A DNA stretch of 64,000 nt from Flaccisagitta enflata (Eukaryota), in NCBI GenBank assembly GCA_965153355.1, contig OZ231126.1, positions 34,658,001 through 34,722,000 on the forward strand, read 5' to 3'. The notes beneath the pieces are model-generated. The model did not search any database, had not been told where the DNA came from, and saw only the letters and a list, made by a program, of their open reading frames with translations. Both the position numbers and the translations under genes were made by a program. Positions 13,315 to 24,900 of this stretch are shown one piece after another (within the stretch, counting starts at the first letter, position 1; each line of letters starts with the position of its first letter).

Positions 13315-13752
13315 CTAATCAGAGTCACTTGTATCACCACTTTCACTTTCACTGCTCGAGTCAGAAGACGAATCACTCGACGACGACTCTGAAGTACTAC
13401 TTGAGTCCTCGGACATCTCCTCTTTTTCCTTCTTCTTTACAGACTTCGATTTTTTGCTCTTTTTTTTCCGCTTACTACCAGTTTTTATTCCAGGTTTCTT
13501 TACCACGCTGCCCTTCTCGGTCTTTTTTTTCACAGCTTCCTTTCTTCCCCTTTTCTTCGGATTAGTCTTTTTTGCTCCACCATTTGATTTTTTTTTCGTG
13601 TCTTCTTTTCCATTTTTTTCGATAGTTTTCATATCCTCCTTGTATGTTTCCAAAGCGTCACTAACTTCAGTTGAAGTCGACATAACTGCAGCATTGCTAC
13701 TTCCACGCATTTTAGCAGCAATTGCTGATAGGGCATCACTGCTTATCGCCAT
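13315..13752 (-). CDS. Lys-rich / Ser-acidic low-complexity viral protein
   Basis: 145 aa; starts 5 nt after the minor capsid stop. Confidence 0.6.
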   Translation of the reverse strand: MAISSDALSAIAAKMRGSSNAAVMSTSTEVSDALETYKEDMKTIEKNGKEDTKKKSNGGAKKTNPKKRGRKEAVKKKTEKGSVVKKPGIKTGSKRKKKSKKSKSVKKKEKEEMSEDSSSTSESSSSDSSSDSSSESESGDTSDSD

Positions 13753-13756
13753 CTAA

Positions 13757-14629
13757 TCAAATTTTTTGAACAATATTCAATACAAATCTCAATGATTGGG
13801 TTTTCAAACAACAGCCAAAATCAAATGCTTTGAAATCATTATTTAACAAAGAAAAACTTATGTTTCGCATACCCACAGCATCGAAGCTTTTGTACGGCGA
13901 TGTAATTTTCTTCTCCAACAAATCATAACTACACACAACGCCATACTTGCCACCATTAAAATACATAGTGGGTTCTACACATCGATCGATTACCAAATGA
14001 CACATCCTTTCATCTTCTCTGAAAAATTGTACGGGTACACTGCAATTTAAGGGCTTACATATCTTCATAGATTCAACATCACACGTGGGCGCCAAAACTT
14101 TGTCTTCATTTTTTCTATTTTTAGCATCAGTTACTTCATCTTTAAAGCCCATGAACTCAAAAAGATTCATTGTAGCAAAAAATGCAAAATATTCATCCAA
14201 AATTAACTCGAACATGCCATCTACATAACGCACCGAAAATATGTCCATTACTTCATCCCTTTCCGCTTTATTGTCATCAAATGATTCGTCATCCTTTTTA
14301 ACACACTTACTCTTATACACAAAGTCATTATAAACGGCACATCTTAGTTGCTGAGCAAATTGGGTTAGGCTACTAAACACAAAAGTGTACTCCTTAACAG
14401 ATTCCCTGCATATATCAGCGGTATCAATCCCATAATGCATCGCAAAAGTAATACTCTTTTCAATAGGTGGTAATGTAAAATCTGTAACGCTCACATACAA
14501 TCCTTTTTTGCCACCAGAGTTAATGTGTAATCCAGGAAGATTCATGTGAAAACTGCTTGTTTCTTTCAGGAAACATCCATTAGAGCGTGTGTCGATTTGG
14601 ACCTCCGTCACGCTCTCCATCGCGGCCAT
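13757..14629 (-). CDS. mCP: Minor capsid (penton, single jelly-roll) protein
   Basis: N-terminal VQIDTRSN..TSSFHMNLP..LYVSVTDFTLP and C-terminal YKSF..RNISFSLLNNDFKAFDF..LRFVLNI fit the Maverick penton pattern. First ATG is at 14629. Confidence 0.7.
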   Translation of the reverse strand: MAAMESVTEVQIDTRSNGCFLKETSSFHMNLPGLHINSGGKKGLYVSVTDFTLPPIEKSITFAMHYGIDTADICRESVKEYTFVFSSLTQFAQQLRCAVYNDFVYKSKCVKKDDESFDDNKAERDEVMDIFSVRYVDGMFELILDEYFAFFATMNLFEFMGFKDEVTDAKNRKNEDKVLAPTCDVESMKICKPLNCSVPVQFFREDERMCHLVIDRCVEPTMYFNGGKYGVVCSYDLLEKKITSPYKSFDAVGMRNISFSLLNNDFKAFDFGCCLKTQSLRFVLNIVQKI

Positions 14630-15119
14630 GGCATCGATCGTCGATTCCAGCAACCACGACACGATCAACTTCTTCACTCCTCGCACCCAAATTGAATGCG
14701 ATCTCAGGACCACTGCGTCGATTCAGGCTAATTCTGACCTTCCCCGACACGCACCTACAGACGACTGCAATGGTCAAAACAGCCGCGGCGACGAACACCA
14801 GAAAATTCACGCATACGCCAACAGCCTTCAACAATCCGGGATCCGGCCCAAACTTCACAGTTGGGATGTCTCCAATCGCCCCTTCCTCCTCCCACCAAAA
14901 ACCACCACTAACGTCACCACCGCCGCGAACGTCGTCACTACCTTCTAGGTTAGTAACTGTCCAATTCACAACACTCTCCACAGTGACTTTGTCAACGTCG
15001 CCTCTTCCCTTGTCCACGCCTCCCACAGTCCCGTTTGGTACGTCCAAAGCAACCCAATAAGCGTCCCGAAGAGACGTTCCATTCACCGGCATAGTTTTTG
15101 ATTTTTTTTTGGCAAACAC
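14580..15119 (-). CDS. Single-pass membrane protein of unknown function
   Basis: Hydrophobic segment AVGVCVNFLVFVAAAVLTIAVVC; lies between integrase and penton. Start codon uncertain. Confidence 0.55.
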   Translation of the reverse strand: MFAKKKSKTMPVNGTSLRDAYWVALDVPNGTVGGVDKGRGDVDKVTVESVVNWTVTNLEGSDDVRGGGDVSGGFWWEEEGAIGDIPTVKFGPDPGLLKAVGVCVNFLVFVAAAVLTIAVVCRCVSGKVRISLNRRSGPEIAFNLGARSEEVDRVVVAGIDDRCHGRDGERDGGPNRHTL

Positions 15120-15148
15120 CTAAATTTTGTATCACAATATATACAGCA

Positions 15149-16324
15149 TCAATTTAAAGCATTTTTAGTGCAGTAAAATGTTTCATCACAATTTTGAGGC
15201 TTCAAATATACATAAACATCATCACGCTTAACAACCTCAGAACTATAAAGTACATTCAGATATCTCGCCTTGGGTAAACTCAATTCGGCATAATATTTCA
15301 ATTCCGCACAACTAAATCTCGAATCACTCACTGGTGCCAAATTAAAAACTGACGATAACAAATGATAATTCACAAATTCAATATTTACAATGTCTGTAAC
15401 ACAATAGTAATTAGTCGAAATTGACCCATACGATTCCTTTGCAAACATGCCATCTTTGGGTGCAAATTTTCTCACTTTCACTATGGCAAACAATGGTAAT
15501 TTAGTCGGCCTTATCATATTGTTCCTTGAAGACTTCCTCCTTCGAAACCGATTTCCAGCCTTTATGTTCCTTATGTGCCGTGGGTCTTGATTCAATGCTT
15601 CCTTGCTTGACATGAAATTTAAACTCGACCTTGGCTTCGAGTTGACAGCATTTTCAATTTCAAGCAATTTTTGTGCAAATGGCACATCATTCCCAATGTC
15701 ACGCATGTAAACTTCTAGATACGATCTGAATAAGCGTATACTTTGTTCGCAAACCACGTTTCCTTTACCCTTCCGTTCAAGCCTTCTTTGCCTGATGCCA
15801 TAAAATTTCAGGCCCTTGCTTTTAAAATACTGAGTTATTGTGTTGCTAAGCCATTCCACGCCTAAATCTCCCCAAATCTTCCTCGCACGTTCTGGCAGAT
15901 AAGGACTTCTCCGAAATATATCTTCAAAGGATTTTATCACCGAGTTACTTTTTGTGCTATAGCAACAAGAAAAATAACTATACAGAGAAAGGCCACATAC
16001 CATAACAAGGACGTATCGCGGACTTGAGCTTCCATAACTCCGGTTTTTGCTCAAATGACACAAATCCACATTGAGCCATTCAATGTAGTTGGGCGGAAGT
16101 ATCCACGGTCGTGACAATTCACTGGCTTTCCGTTTACTGTCATTTTTTATCAATATATCATTGCTTTTTTGCTCCGCAAGGTACTCCTTTATCTCACTCT
16201 GCCCCACGTCGAATCCCTTCTTCTTTAAATATTTTCCAATCTGCCTCGCATTCTTAGACAGAAACAACGGGGAACCTTTACCCCTAATGGCCTTTTCCAA
16301 TATTTCTCTTGACTCTACTCTCAT
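15149..16324 (-). CDS. INT: Retroviral-like (rve) DDE integrase of Maverick type
   Basis: WLNVDLCHL (D), KIWGDLGVEW (D), VVCEQSIRLFRSYL (E), plus RYVLVMVC..S.Y and VNSKPRSSL. Confidence 0.9.
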   Translation of the reverse strand: MRVESREILEKAIRGKGSPLFLSKNARQIGKYLKKKGFDVGQSEIKEYLAEQKSNDILIKNDSKRKASELSRPWILPPNYIEWLNVDLCHLSKNRSYGSSSPRYVLVMVCGLSLYSYFSCCYSTKSNSVIKSFEDIFRRSPYLPERARKIWGDLGVEWLSNTITQYFKSKGLKFYGIRQRRLERKGKGNVVCEQSIRLFRSYLEVYMRDIGNDVPFAQKLLEIENAVNSKPRSSLNFMSSKEALNQDPRHIRNIKAGNRFRRRKSSRNNMIRPTKLPLFAIVKVRKFAPKDGMFAKESYGSISTNYYCVTDIVNIEFVNYHLLSSVFNLAPVSDSRFSCAELKYYAELSLPKARYLNVLYSSEVVKRDDVYVYLKPQNCDETFYCTKNALN

Positions 16325-16347
16325 TTCTCATAATTAAATGTCGCGCT

Positions 16348-17358
16348 CTACTCTCTCCGTTTTCTCTTCCCCCTCCCCAACTCCTCCTCCTCACCCACAA
16401 AGTCAACTGTCACCTTCTTCCTCTTCGACCTTGACGTGGGATTAGCCTCCGTATCCCACTCGTGTAAAGCCTCTTCTTCCGCTTGTGGGGTTTCCAATGT
16501 TACCTTTCTCTTCCTTGGATTACTACCACTCACGGCATCTCGCCATGTCGAAGAAATCTGTTCGCGTAATTTCGGTGCTGTGCGAATTTTGTTAAGAGAT
16601 CCACTAGAGAGACCATACGATTTTTTAACTGGGTTTAATATACTTTCTTCAGCGTCATCGTCGTCGTCCTGCTCCAACCCTCTTTTCGTTCCACGCCCAC
16701 CGATTCCCGCTGATTCACCAACTCTTTCGTCACTCGCCTGCTGGGCTCCTTCCGACACAGTCTCAGTTGCAGGCGATGTATTTTCAACACTAGACAATCC
16801 TTTACTCTTTATCTCTTCAATTTTTAAAAGGGATTCGCGGATCCCCAACGCGTCGCCGTGTCTCAACAACTCAAGGGGAATCTTAATCTTGATTAAGCTG
16901 TCCAAAAACAGCGCAATTGCCAAGGGAATTTGAGATGGACTTGCCGATATGCAATATTGCACCAAATTTTTTATATTAGAAAATTTGATGTTTTCACCAT
17001 TCACAATAATCTCCAGTGTATCCGGATCAAAAGTTATGTAGTCACTTCTATCAATCTCATTCAGCAAACTCTCATTCAGCAAACTCATTGCCAACTGCTT
17101 CTCTTTTACGCCACTTATTTCATTTACAATTCGATGTATTGCCGCTTGAATTGGACTCTGAATTGGCACCGAGTTAGACTCCACTGGTGCCTCGGTAGTA
17201 TTGCTCGGCAGTTCCTCGCCAGATGGCAACACTTTCAATCTTTTTCCGTCTATTAGATTTCTGATGCTATCCAACTTCTCTTCACAGGTAACGTCTGCTT
17301 TGTTTATAATTTTTAACACATGTGGGGTTTTTAAATAATTGGTCTGATGTTCACTCAT
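16348..17358 (-). CDS. Maverick-like conserved accessory protein
   Basis: YITFDPDTLEIIVNGENIKFSNIKNLV..FLDSLIKIKIPLELL resembles, from memory, the conserved protein next to the ATPase and integrase in Mavericks; basic NLS-like C-terminus. Confidence 0.65.
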   Translation of the reverse strand: MSEHQTNYLKTPHVLKIINKADVTCEEKLDSIRNLIDGKRLKVLPSGEELPSNTTEAPVESNSVPIQSPIQAAIHRIVNEISGVKEKQLAMSLLNESLLNEIDRSDYITFDPDTLEIIVNGENIKFSNIKNLVQYCISASPSQIPLAIALFLDSLIKIKIPLELLRHGDALGIRESLLKIEEIKSKGLSSVENTSPATETVSEGAQQASDERVGESAGIGGRGTKRGLEQDDDDDAEESILNPVKKSYGLSSGSLNKIRTAPKLREQISSTWRDAVSGSNPRKRKVTLETPQAEEEALHEWDTEANPTSRSKRKKVTVDFVGEEEELGRGKRKRRE

Positions 17359-17680
17359 GGTGTAGGCAGTTTTTCAGAAAATCGGCAATGATGTAGGAAT
17401 TAAACAGTTTCCTTTCATTCTTCTTCAATTTCAAAAACTTTTTTTTTCTTTTTTTCAACGAAATGCGACTGTTTTTCAAAAAAGACAGAAGCTTCTTACT
17501 TCTTTTCATCTTCTTTCTCGTTTTTGAAGAAAAGCACTTGTCAAATCTCCGCTTGGATGCATTTTTAACTATTTCAACTACGCATTCAAACACACTAGTT
17601 TTGAGTTTTTTTTCAAAAAGAGCGTCTTCCACACACACATTCACTAAATTCTTCAGTTTTTGGGGTGATCTACAAGCCAT
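17351..17680 (-). CDS. Small basic Maverick-like accessory protein
   Basis: FECVVEIVKN..KKMKRSKKLLSFLKNSRISLKKRKKKFL resembles, from memory, the small basic ORF that follows the Maverick ATPase. Confidence 0.65.
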   Translation of the reverse strand: MACRSPQKLKNLVNVCVEDALFEKKLKTSVFECVVEIVKNASKRRFDKCFSSKTRKKMKRSKKLLSFLKNSRISLKKRKKKFLKLKKNERKLFNSYIIADFLKNCLHHE

Positions 17681-17691
17681 CCGTATGCCAT

Positions 17692-18786
17692 CTAATCCTC
17701 CTCCTCACTACTTTCATGGTAACTTGTCATCGGACCGTCCTCGGCAAGTAAAACCCGTCCCCAGAGCGTCGGTTTTGTGCACATAGGACTGACACAAGCT
17801 ATCACGTAATTAAAATTTTTTCCAAGTACTTCCCGCTTATAGACATCAAAGAGGGTCTGTCCCGCTTTTAAATTGATTTCGTAATTATTCATATGACGCT
17901 TAGCCGCGCGACGCTTAGCCGCGCGGGCGTCGTGCGAACTTTTAAAAAACACAAGATGACTTGAGTTCATGAGTATCACATTTAACTTCAACGATTTCAA
18001 AAAGATGTCGTAGCTGTGAAGGCAGATTATTGATACACACCCCACGTGATGAGTCCATATGCCAGCCAGGGAAATCAAATCCTTTCTTATCTTTTCATCA
18101 ATATTCGCATCAAAAAAGTAGTCATCTATCACTATAATTGTCGAATCTTGCACAGGTTTGCAAAAATCTAAAAAATTTCCATCTGGAAATTTTTTCGAAA
18201 ACACGGCTTCCACGCCACGCTCCGTTGCCAAATGCGTCCTCAGTCTTTCTATACTTTCACAATTTTCCTTGTAGAAATATATTATTTTCTTTATTTTCTG
18301 TCGGAAGTGATATTCATGCTCAATTAACAAGTTTGTAATCCAGGTTGTCTTGCCTTTAATTAACTTGGTCACAAAAAATAAACATTTCTAATTTTAAGTA
18401 ATTGGTAGCCCCTAATCAAAGCCCATTCAAACAAAAAATTGCCCAAAATCCTAGGCAGCTCACTCAAACAAATCTTAAGTAATCAGTAACCCCTAATCAA
18501 AGCCCAATCCAATGAAAAATGGTCAAATATTACAGGCAGCTCAAATCTTCGGTAATCGGTAACCCGTAATCAAGACCCACTGAGCTAAAAAAATGCCCCA
18601 AAAATCCTAGGCATCTTACTCAAACAATTTTTATATAATCAGTAGTCCCTACTTCTACATAAATTATTAGCTAATATTTTTTTGTGACCAACGACCAGAG
18701 GACGACTGTCCAAATACGCAAACAAAGTTGCCCGGAAAAAATTGATGACTTTTTGCAGAATAAATTTCACTTTTTTTTCCAGCCAT
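17692..18786 (-). CDS. A32/FtsK-like DNA packaging ATPase, 2 exons
   Basis: Exon 1 18786-18696 (MAGKK..FVCVFGQSSS G) plus exon 2 18353-17692 (KTTW..) rebuilds Walker A GQSSSGKT. Walker B is IIVIDDY; THH.G and MNSSHLVFFKS motifs also present. Confidence 0.9.
18365..18691. mobile_element. TIR-bounded element filling the ATPase intron
   Basis: TTGGTCACAAAAAA..TTTTTTGTGACCAA; three internal ~80-bp degenerate repeats (..CCCTAATCAAAGCCCA..). Confidence 0.7.
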
Positions 18787-18934
18787 GATTGTGATCAATT
18801 TTCAAAATGCAACTGCATATATATTAATTTCTTTTTCTTTTGCTCATCTTGCTCTTCCTTATCCATATATCTTTCTGTTTAAATAAATTTTAATTGCTCT
18901 TCCCCATTTCCTCTTCCTCCTTTCCTCCCTTTAC

Positions 18935-21900
18935 CGAGATGAGGTGCTTTAGGGCATGGTGCTCGCCGTGAGCTGTCCGAAGAGTTTCTTCCGTCGAGTT
19001 AAAATGTGTCTGAAATCAAACGTCACGGCGCCGAAAAATAACGCCCCGCATTCATGTTGAATGAATGAAGCATTTGATGAAATGAGCACAATTGCGATTC
19101 GAAAAGGATTGGCGAATAGCGAATTTAACAAGACCGACGAGAATGAAGATTTTCACGTGATGCTACATCAGCCATGCCAAACGTTTTTCTGTCGTTTGCT
19201 CGCATTCTTACCTTGTAGAGTTCTTTTTCCTTTTGAAGACCTCGGGCTAAGCCTTGCGCCTTATCTAGTTCTTCTTGTAGCTCTTTTAAGGCCGTTTTAG
19301 CAGCTGAAAGCTCGCGGTCGGTCTCATCCTTGTGACGCTGCAGCGATGTAACTTCCTGTTTGCCTCGCAATGACTCTGTCTCTCTATCAACGGCGGCATC
19401 CTTAAGGGCTTCAATCTTCTCTTGTTTCGTTTGCACGGTCTTCTCCAAATCGGCAACCTGACAGTGTCAAAGATTATCAAGCGACGATGGTACACGCTAC
19501 ACAGACCTGGGCAGATGCTAACTATACTACCCTACATGAGGAGTGGCGAGTGGGGCGTGGGGAGTGGGGAGTGGCAAGTGCCTTTTTTTGGTTTTCTCTT
19601 TTCAAACTCCTGAATCCTTTTCAATAAATGCCAAAAACAGTGTAAATGAAAGTATTGGGCGTCTCCTATAGGGAACGCGACGAGTGGGGAGTGGGAAAAA
19701 CAAAAACACGCAAAAATACAGAAACCTGAGTGGGGAGTGGGGAGTGGAGAGTGGGGAGTGGCAAGTGATTTTTTTTGGTTTTCTCTTTCCCAACTCCTGA
19801 ATCCTTTTCAATAAACGCCAAAAACAGTGTAAATGAAAGTATCGCGTGTCTCCTATAGGGAACGCGACGAGTGGCGAGTGGGAAAAACAAAAACACTCAA
19901 AAATTAGGGACCGGGTTGAGTTTAGGGTTAGGGACCGGGTTGAGTTTAGGGTTAGGGACCGGGTTGAGTTTAGGGACAGGGACCGGGTTGAGTTTAGGGA
20001 CAGGGACCGGGTTGAGTTTAGGGACAGGGACTGGGTTGAGTTTAGGGTTAGGGACTGGGTTGAGTTTAGGGTTAGGGACCGGGTTGAGTTTAGGGTTAAG
20101 AACCACATTTCAAAAAAAGTTGGCTTTAAAGTTGAAAAACTTTGCCAAACGCTGGTGTGATATTTATTAACTTTGCCGAAGGCAAAGCAAAGTTTTCAAT
20201 TTTGCTGACTTAGCCTTAGAAATACATGCTATTTCCAAGTGGGAAAATTTTGTTTTGCCTTCGGCAAAAGCGAAAAAACTTTGCTTTAGTCAAAAGTGAA
20301 AAACCTTGCCTTCAGCAAAGTTTTTCAACTTGATAAGTAAGGTAAATACTAACATCTCAACTCTAAAATTCAACCCAGTTAGAGTTGGTTAGGATTGAAT
20401 AAGGGTATGGTAAGAGTTGAGTGTTTAAGGTTTGGGTTGTTTGAATGTATGTTGCTAATCAAGTTGAAAAACTTTGCCGCAAATGAATAAATTTTTTCAA
20501 CTTTGCCGAAGGCAAAGCCAAGTCTTTCCACATCACATGTCATTTCTACTACCTTGGGGATGATTTTAACAAAACTGCTGGTTTTATTTTTGTTTTGTAT
20601 AGCCTGTAGGTGCAAGAAATGGAATCTACCAGCTTTTAAATCATCCTAAGGCCGGATTTTGAGAAAAAACACTTTTTTCCCATCCTGAGGTACAGGTCAT
20701 TGAATTTTCCCATGTTTATCTTGTTTTGCTCATATCTTTTGAACGAAAAGAGCTAGAAATGCCAGATTGGTCCCATTTTAAAGATCTGCTCAAGATCTTT
20801 CCAACCGTCACCAATTTTTTGTAAATCCGTTGAAAAATGCCCGAGATATAAGCACTCAAACATAGGGTATGTTATGAGGAATATTGACTATCTTCCTGGT
20901 CATTGATTTCTTGTCATAATTCTACTTGTTTTGCTCATAACTTTTGAACGAATAAGGCTAGAAATGCCAGATTGGTCTCATTTTAAAGATTTTTTCAAGA
21001 TCTTTTTAACCGTCACCAATTTTTTGTAAATCTAATAAAAAATGCTTGAGTTATGACTTGTCAAACATAGGTAATGTCATGGGAATCATGGAGGATTTTC
21101 CCTACTATGCGAATTAAAAAAAAAGACGCACCTTTTTATTTGATGATAAAACTGACTTGAGAATTGTTTAAAAAATTTATTAAAGAAAGTGATTTTGAAG
21201 ATTTTAAAGTTATCTTTCATTCTAGACCAATCCCAGATCTGTATCTTTAACGGTTTAGGAGCTAGAGCTCTCTAAAGTGAGACACCATTTTGGTGAATTG
21301 CATCTTTTTCAAAGGAACTGCAAAAACAAATTTGGCAACATTTTCATCAAACTAATGCCATTTCTAAATGAAAAAAGATAGAGATACCAGATTGGCGCCA
21401 AATGAAAGAGTTTTTCAAGGGCTTCAAAATGATCTATGATTTTAATTAGTTTCTATGATTGTCAATGGCGCAATCAACCATTCAAAAGTGCGTCTTTTTT
21501 TTAAATTTGTATAGTACTCTTATTCTCGCTTTGTCTATTGGTTGGTCCATCAGTCAGTGGGTTTGTTGGTTGTTCAGTTGGTCCATCAGTTTGTAACACT
21601 TAGCTTTTTTGAAGTTTACAGGCATTTTTTGCATTACTGCGACTGCCAAAATGTTTCCTCACCTGTAGAACACAGGAGGAATTCCCATATCTCAAACCTG
21701 AAATCATTCCTCTCAGTCCTCAAATCAGTGCTTTCAGGCTTTGATTGGCCCTTCAAATCCTCAAAACAACTCCCTCAAACCTCAAATTAGCCCTCACAGG
21801 CTTCAAATTAGCAGGGGTGTATATAGTTGCACGACCTTTGATTTCTCTCCCCCCCTGGTCCTTTGATTTTCTTCCCCGCGGGGTCGAAATACATTTGTTT

Positions 21901-24900
21901 TTCTTCCCCATATACCCCCTATATAGTAATATTTTTGTTTAAATAGTATTTAATAGTGTTGTGGTGACTTAGTATTACATTTTAGTACTGCCAAAAGTGT
22001 AATATCTTTTATATTTTCGTGTTTTTGCTTTTTCTACCCTTTGATTTTCTTCCCCATTTCCAAATCCTTTGATTTTATTCCCCCCCTTGCTGGGGGGGGG
22101 GGAAATATGCAACTATATACAGGCCTGCAAATTAGTCCTAGGCTTCATGTCAGCCCTCTGTCTATCCACTCATCCTCCCCTCTTAGGTCTGAACTCTACT
22201 CTCTCCAGTCTCAAAATGACCCCCTCAGCCCCCCAATCAGCCCTGTCATGCCTCAAATCAGCCCTCTCAATCCACATAACACATGCGCCACATTTAGGCG
22301 GAAAATGTGGGAACATAGTTACCATAGCAAAAACTACTCTAGTACCATGAAATTTGAACTGGAGGTAGCATTTTAGCAGAATTTTTATTAAGTATCATGA
22401 TTCAATCATAATTCAATTATTAAATGGGGTATTTCAGCAAAGATGTTGAAATTTCAATATCAAAATGTTGCTGATTTTTCCCGCACTGAAATCAAATGAA
22501 ATTGATAATCTTTAGAATACTATTACAGGACCCTGAGTAACAGGGTGTGCAAAAAAATCCGCACTCATCATCATGTCTACTAGAAAGACACCTAGAATTG
22601 GAAAAACTCTCTCTAATTAAAGTTCAAAGTTGAAAATTAGGTTATTTTTATGGTTAAGATAGGAAAAAATGTAAGTATAGTGGACAGCTGAATATATTCT
22701 TAGACCAACAATGACATAACCAGAATGTTGCAAACATTCTTTTTCTGTGAATAAATGTTTATCTTTCATCTTAATTCAATTGATGAAATCTTTTTTGTGC
22801 ACTGAAACCCCTCCTTCTTGGCCCATCCATCTCTCGCTGATGTACTTCATTTTAAACAATCCATCTAAAAACCAATGAGGTAGCTAAAATCTTTTTTTAG
22901 AAAATACTGCTCTGCCAATAAAATCATGTCAAAATCTTAATTTTTGTTTCTTTTTAGGTACATATCATGGCCATGTATAGAAATTGTATCAGCTGTTCTT
23001 GATTTCTTCTTTTGTTATGACCAACTGAGATACTCTGGTTCAAATTTTAGCTCATAACTCCTATAAGAAGCATGGATTTAAAGCAATATACTGAGTGCGA
23101 ATTTTTTTGCACACCCTGTTAGAAGAAAGTGACCAAAATTGACTAACAATCATGCACATGAGCATTTCTTAGTAATTGGATTGAATATTGTACAGTTTTT
23201 GATGATAAAACTGACTTAAGAATTGTTTTTTACCTTGAAGCTGGGATTTAGGCCTCAAAATATAGATCTGGGCCTTGAGGCTAGGATTTGGGCCTCAATG
23301 ATATGATTTAGGTTTTAAGAATTTGGGTTTTAGGCTAGGATTTTAGCCTGAAGATAAGGATTTGGGCATAGAGACTTGGATGTGGACCTTGAGGCTGGGG
23401 TTTTGGCCACTAGGCTGGAATATGGGCCTTAAGGCTGGGATTTGGGCCTCTATGCTGGGATGTCCTCCAGGTTGGGGTTTTGGCCTTGAGGCTGAGGGTG
23501 GGTACAAACTAGTCATCCAAGGATCGCACATGGTCAGCGGTACCCGATGCCCTGCTGGGAGTGATCCAGTAAATAAGTGGAGTGAGAGCAGGGCAGCGGC
23601 CCCAAAGGGCCGATGTCCTGTAGAACACAGGGGGGAATTTTGTCACGTCCATCCTTCCATCTGTCCTAAGGGGGCTCTAGATGGCTGATTTAGGCCACTG
23701 AAGGCATATTTGAGGGCTGGAGGGTATAATTAAGGTTTGGAGGGCTGGTTTCATGCTTGGAGGGCTGATTGAAGGTCTGGAGGGCAGATTTGAGGTCTGA
23801 AGGACAGTTTTGAGGCATGGGGGGCTGATTTGAAGCCAAGAGGGCTGATTTGAGGCCTCGAGGACTAAATTGAGGCCTGGGAGGGCTAATTTGAGGCCTT
23901 GATGGGGACGGAAGGACGGACAAAAGGATGGACGGACGTAACAAAATTCCCCCTGGTGTTCTACAGGACATCGGCCCTTTGGGGCCGCTGCCCAAAAAGG
24001 AGGAAGAGAAGAAGGACAAGTTTCTGCATATGTGAAAGCATAGGTCATCAGCCCTTTTGGGGTGCTGCCCAAAAGGGAAGATTTGAGACATGGGAGGGGT
24101 TCTAAGATCTGCGAGTACTGATTTGTGGCTTGAAAGGGCTGATTGGAGGGATTCGGGGCCATTTCGAGACTTTAGAGGGTGGAGTTCAGGCCTGAGAGGG
24201 GAGGATGAATGGATAGACAGGGGGCTGACATGAAATCTAGGACTAATTTGAAGCCTGAGATGGCTAATTTGAAGTTTGAGGGACTTGTTTTGAAGGGCCA
24301 ATCAAAGCCTGAAAGGACTGATTTGAGGACTGAGAGGGATGATTTTGGGTTTGAGATATGGGAATTCCTCCTGTGTTCTACAGGTGAGTAAACATTTTGG
24401 CAGTGGCAGTGATGCAAAAAATGCCTGTAAACTTCAAAAAAGCTAAGTGTTACAAACTGATGGACCAACTGAACCACCAATCAACCCACTGACTGATGGA
24501 CAAAACCAATAGACAAAGCGAGAAGAAGAGTTGGGAAAATCCTCCAAGATTCCCATGACATTACCTATGTTCAACAAGTCATAACTCAAGCATTTTTTAT
24601 CGGATATACAAAAAATTGGTGACGGTTAGAAAGATCTTGAAAAAATCTTTAAAATGAGACCAATCTAGCATTTCTAGCTTTATTCGTTCAAAAGTTATGA
24701 GCAAAACAAGTAGAATTATGACAAAAAATCAATGACCAGAAAAATAGTCAATATTCCTCATGATATACCCTATGTTTGAGTGCTTATATCTCAGGCATTT
24801 TTTAATGGATTTACAAAAAATTGGTGACGGTTGGAAAGATCTTGAGCAGATCTTTAAAATGGGACCAATCTGGCATTTCTAGCTTTTTTTGTTCAAAAGA

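Noticed and set aside
9651-17786. Plus-strand ORFs over the viral genes (e.g. 9651, 10603, 11890, 14587, 16436)
   Set aside because: Antisense shadows of minus-strand genes with no recognisable motifs.
19125-19448. 107-aa coiled-coil ORF as a viral gene
   Set aside because: It has an acceptor and donor (19457-19212) in phase with host TAX1BP1-like exons.
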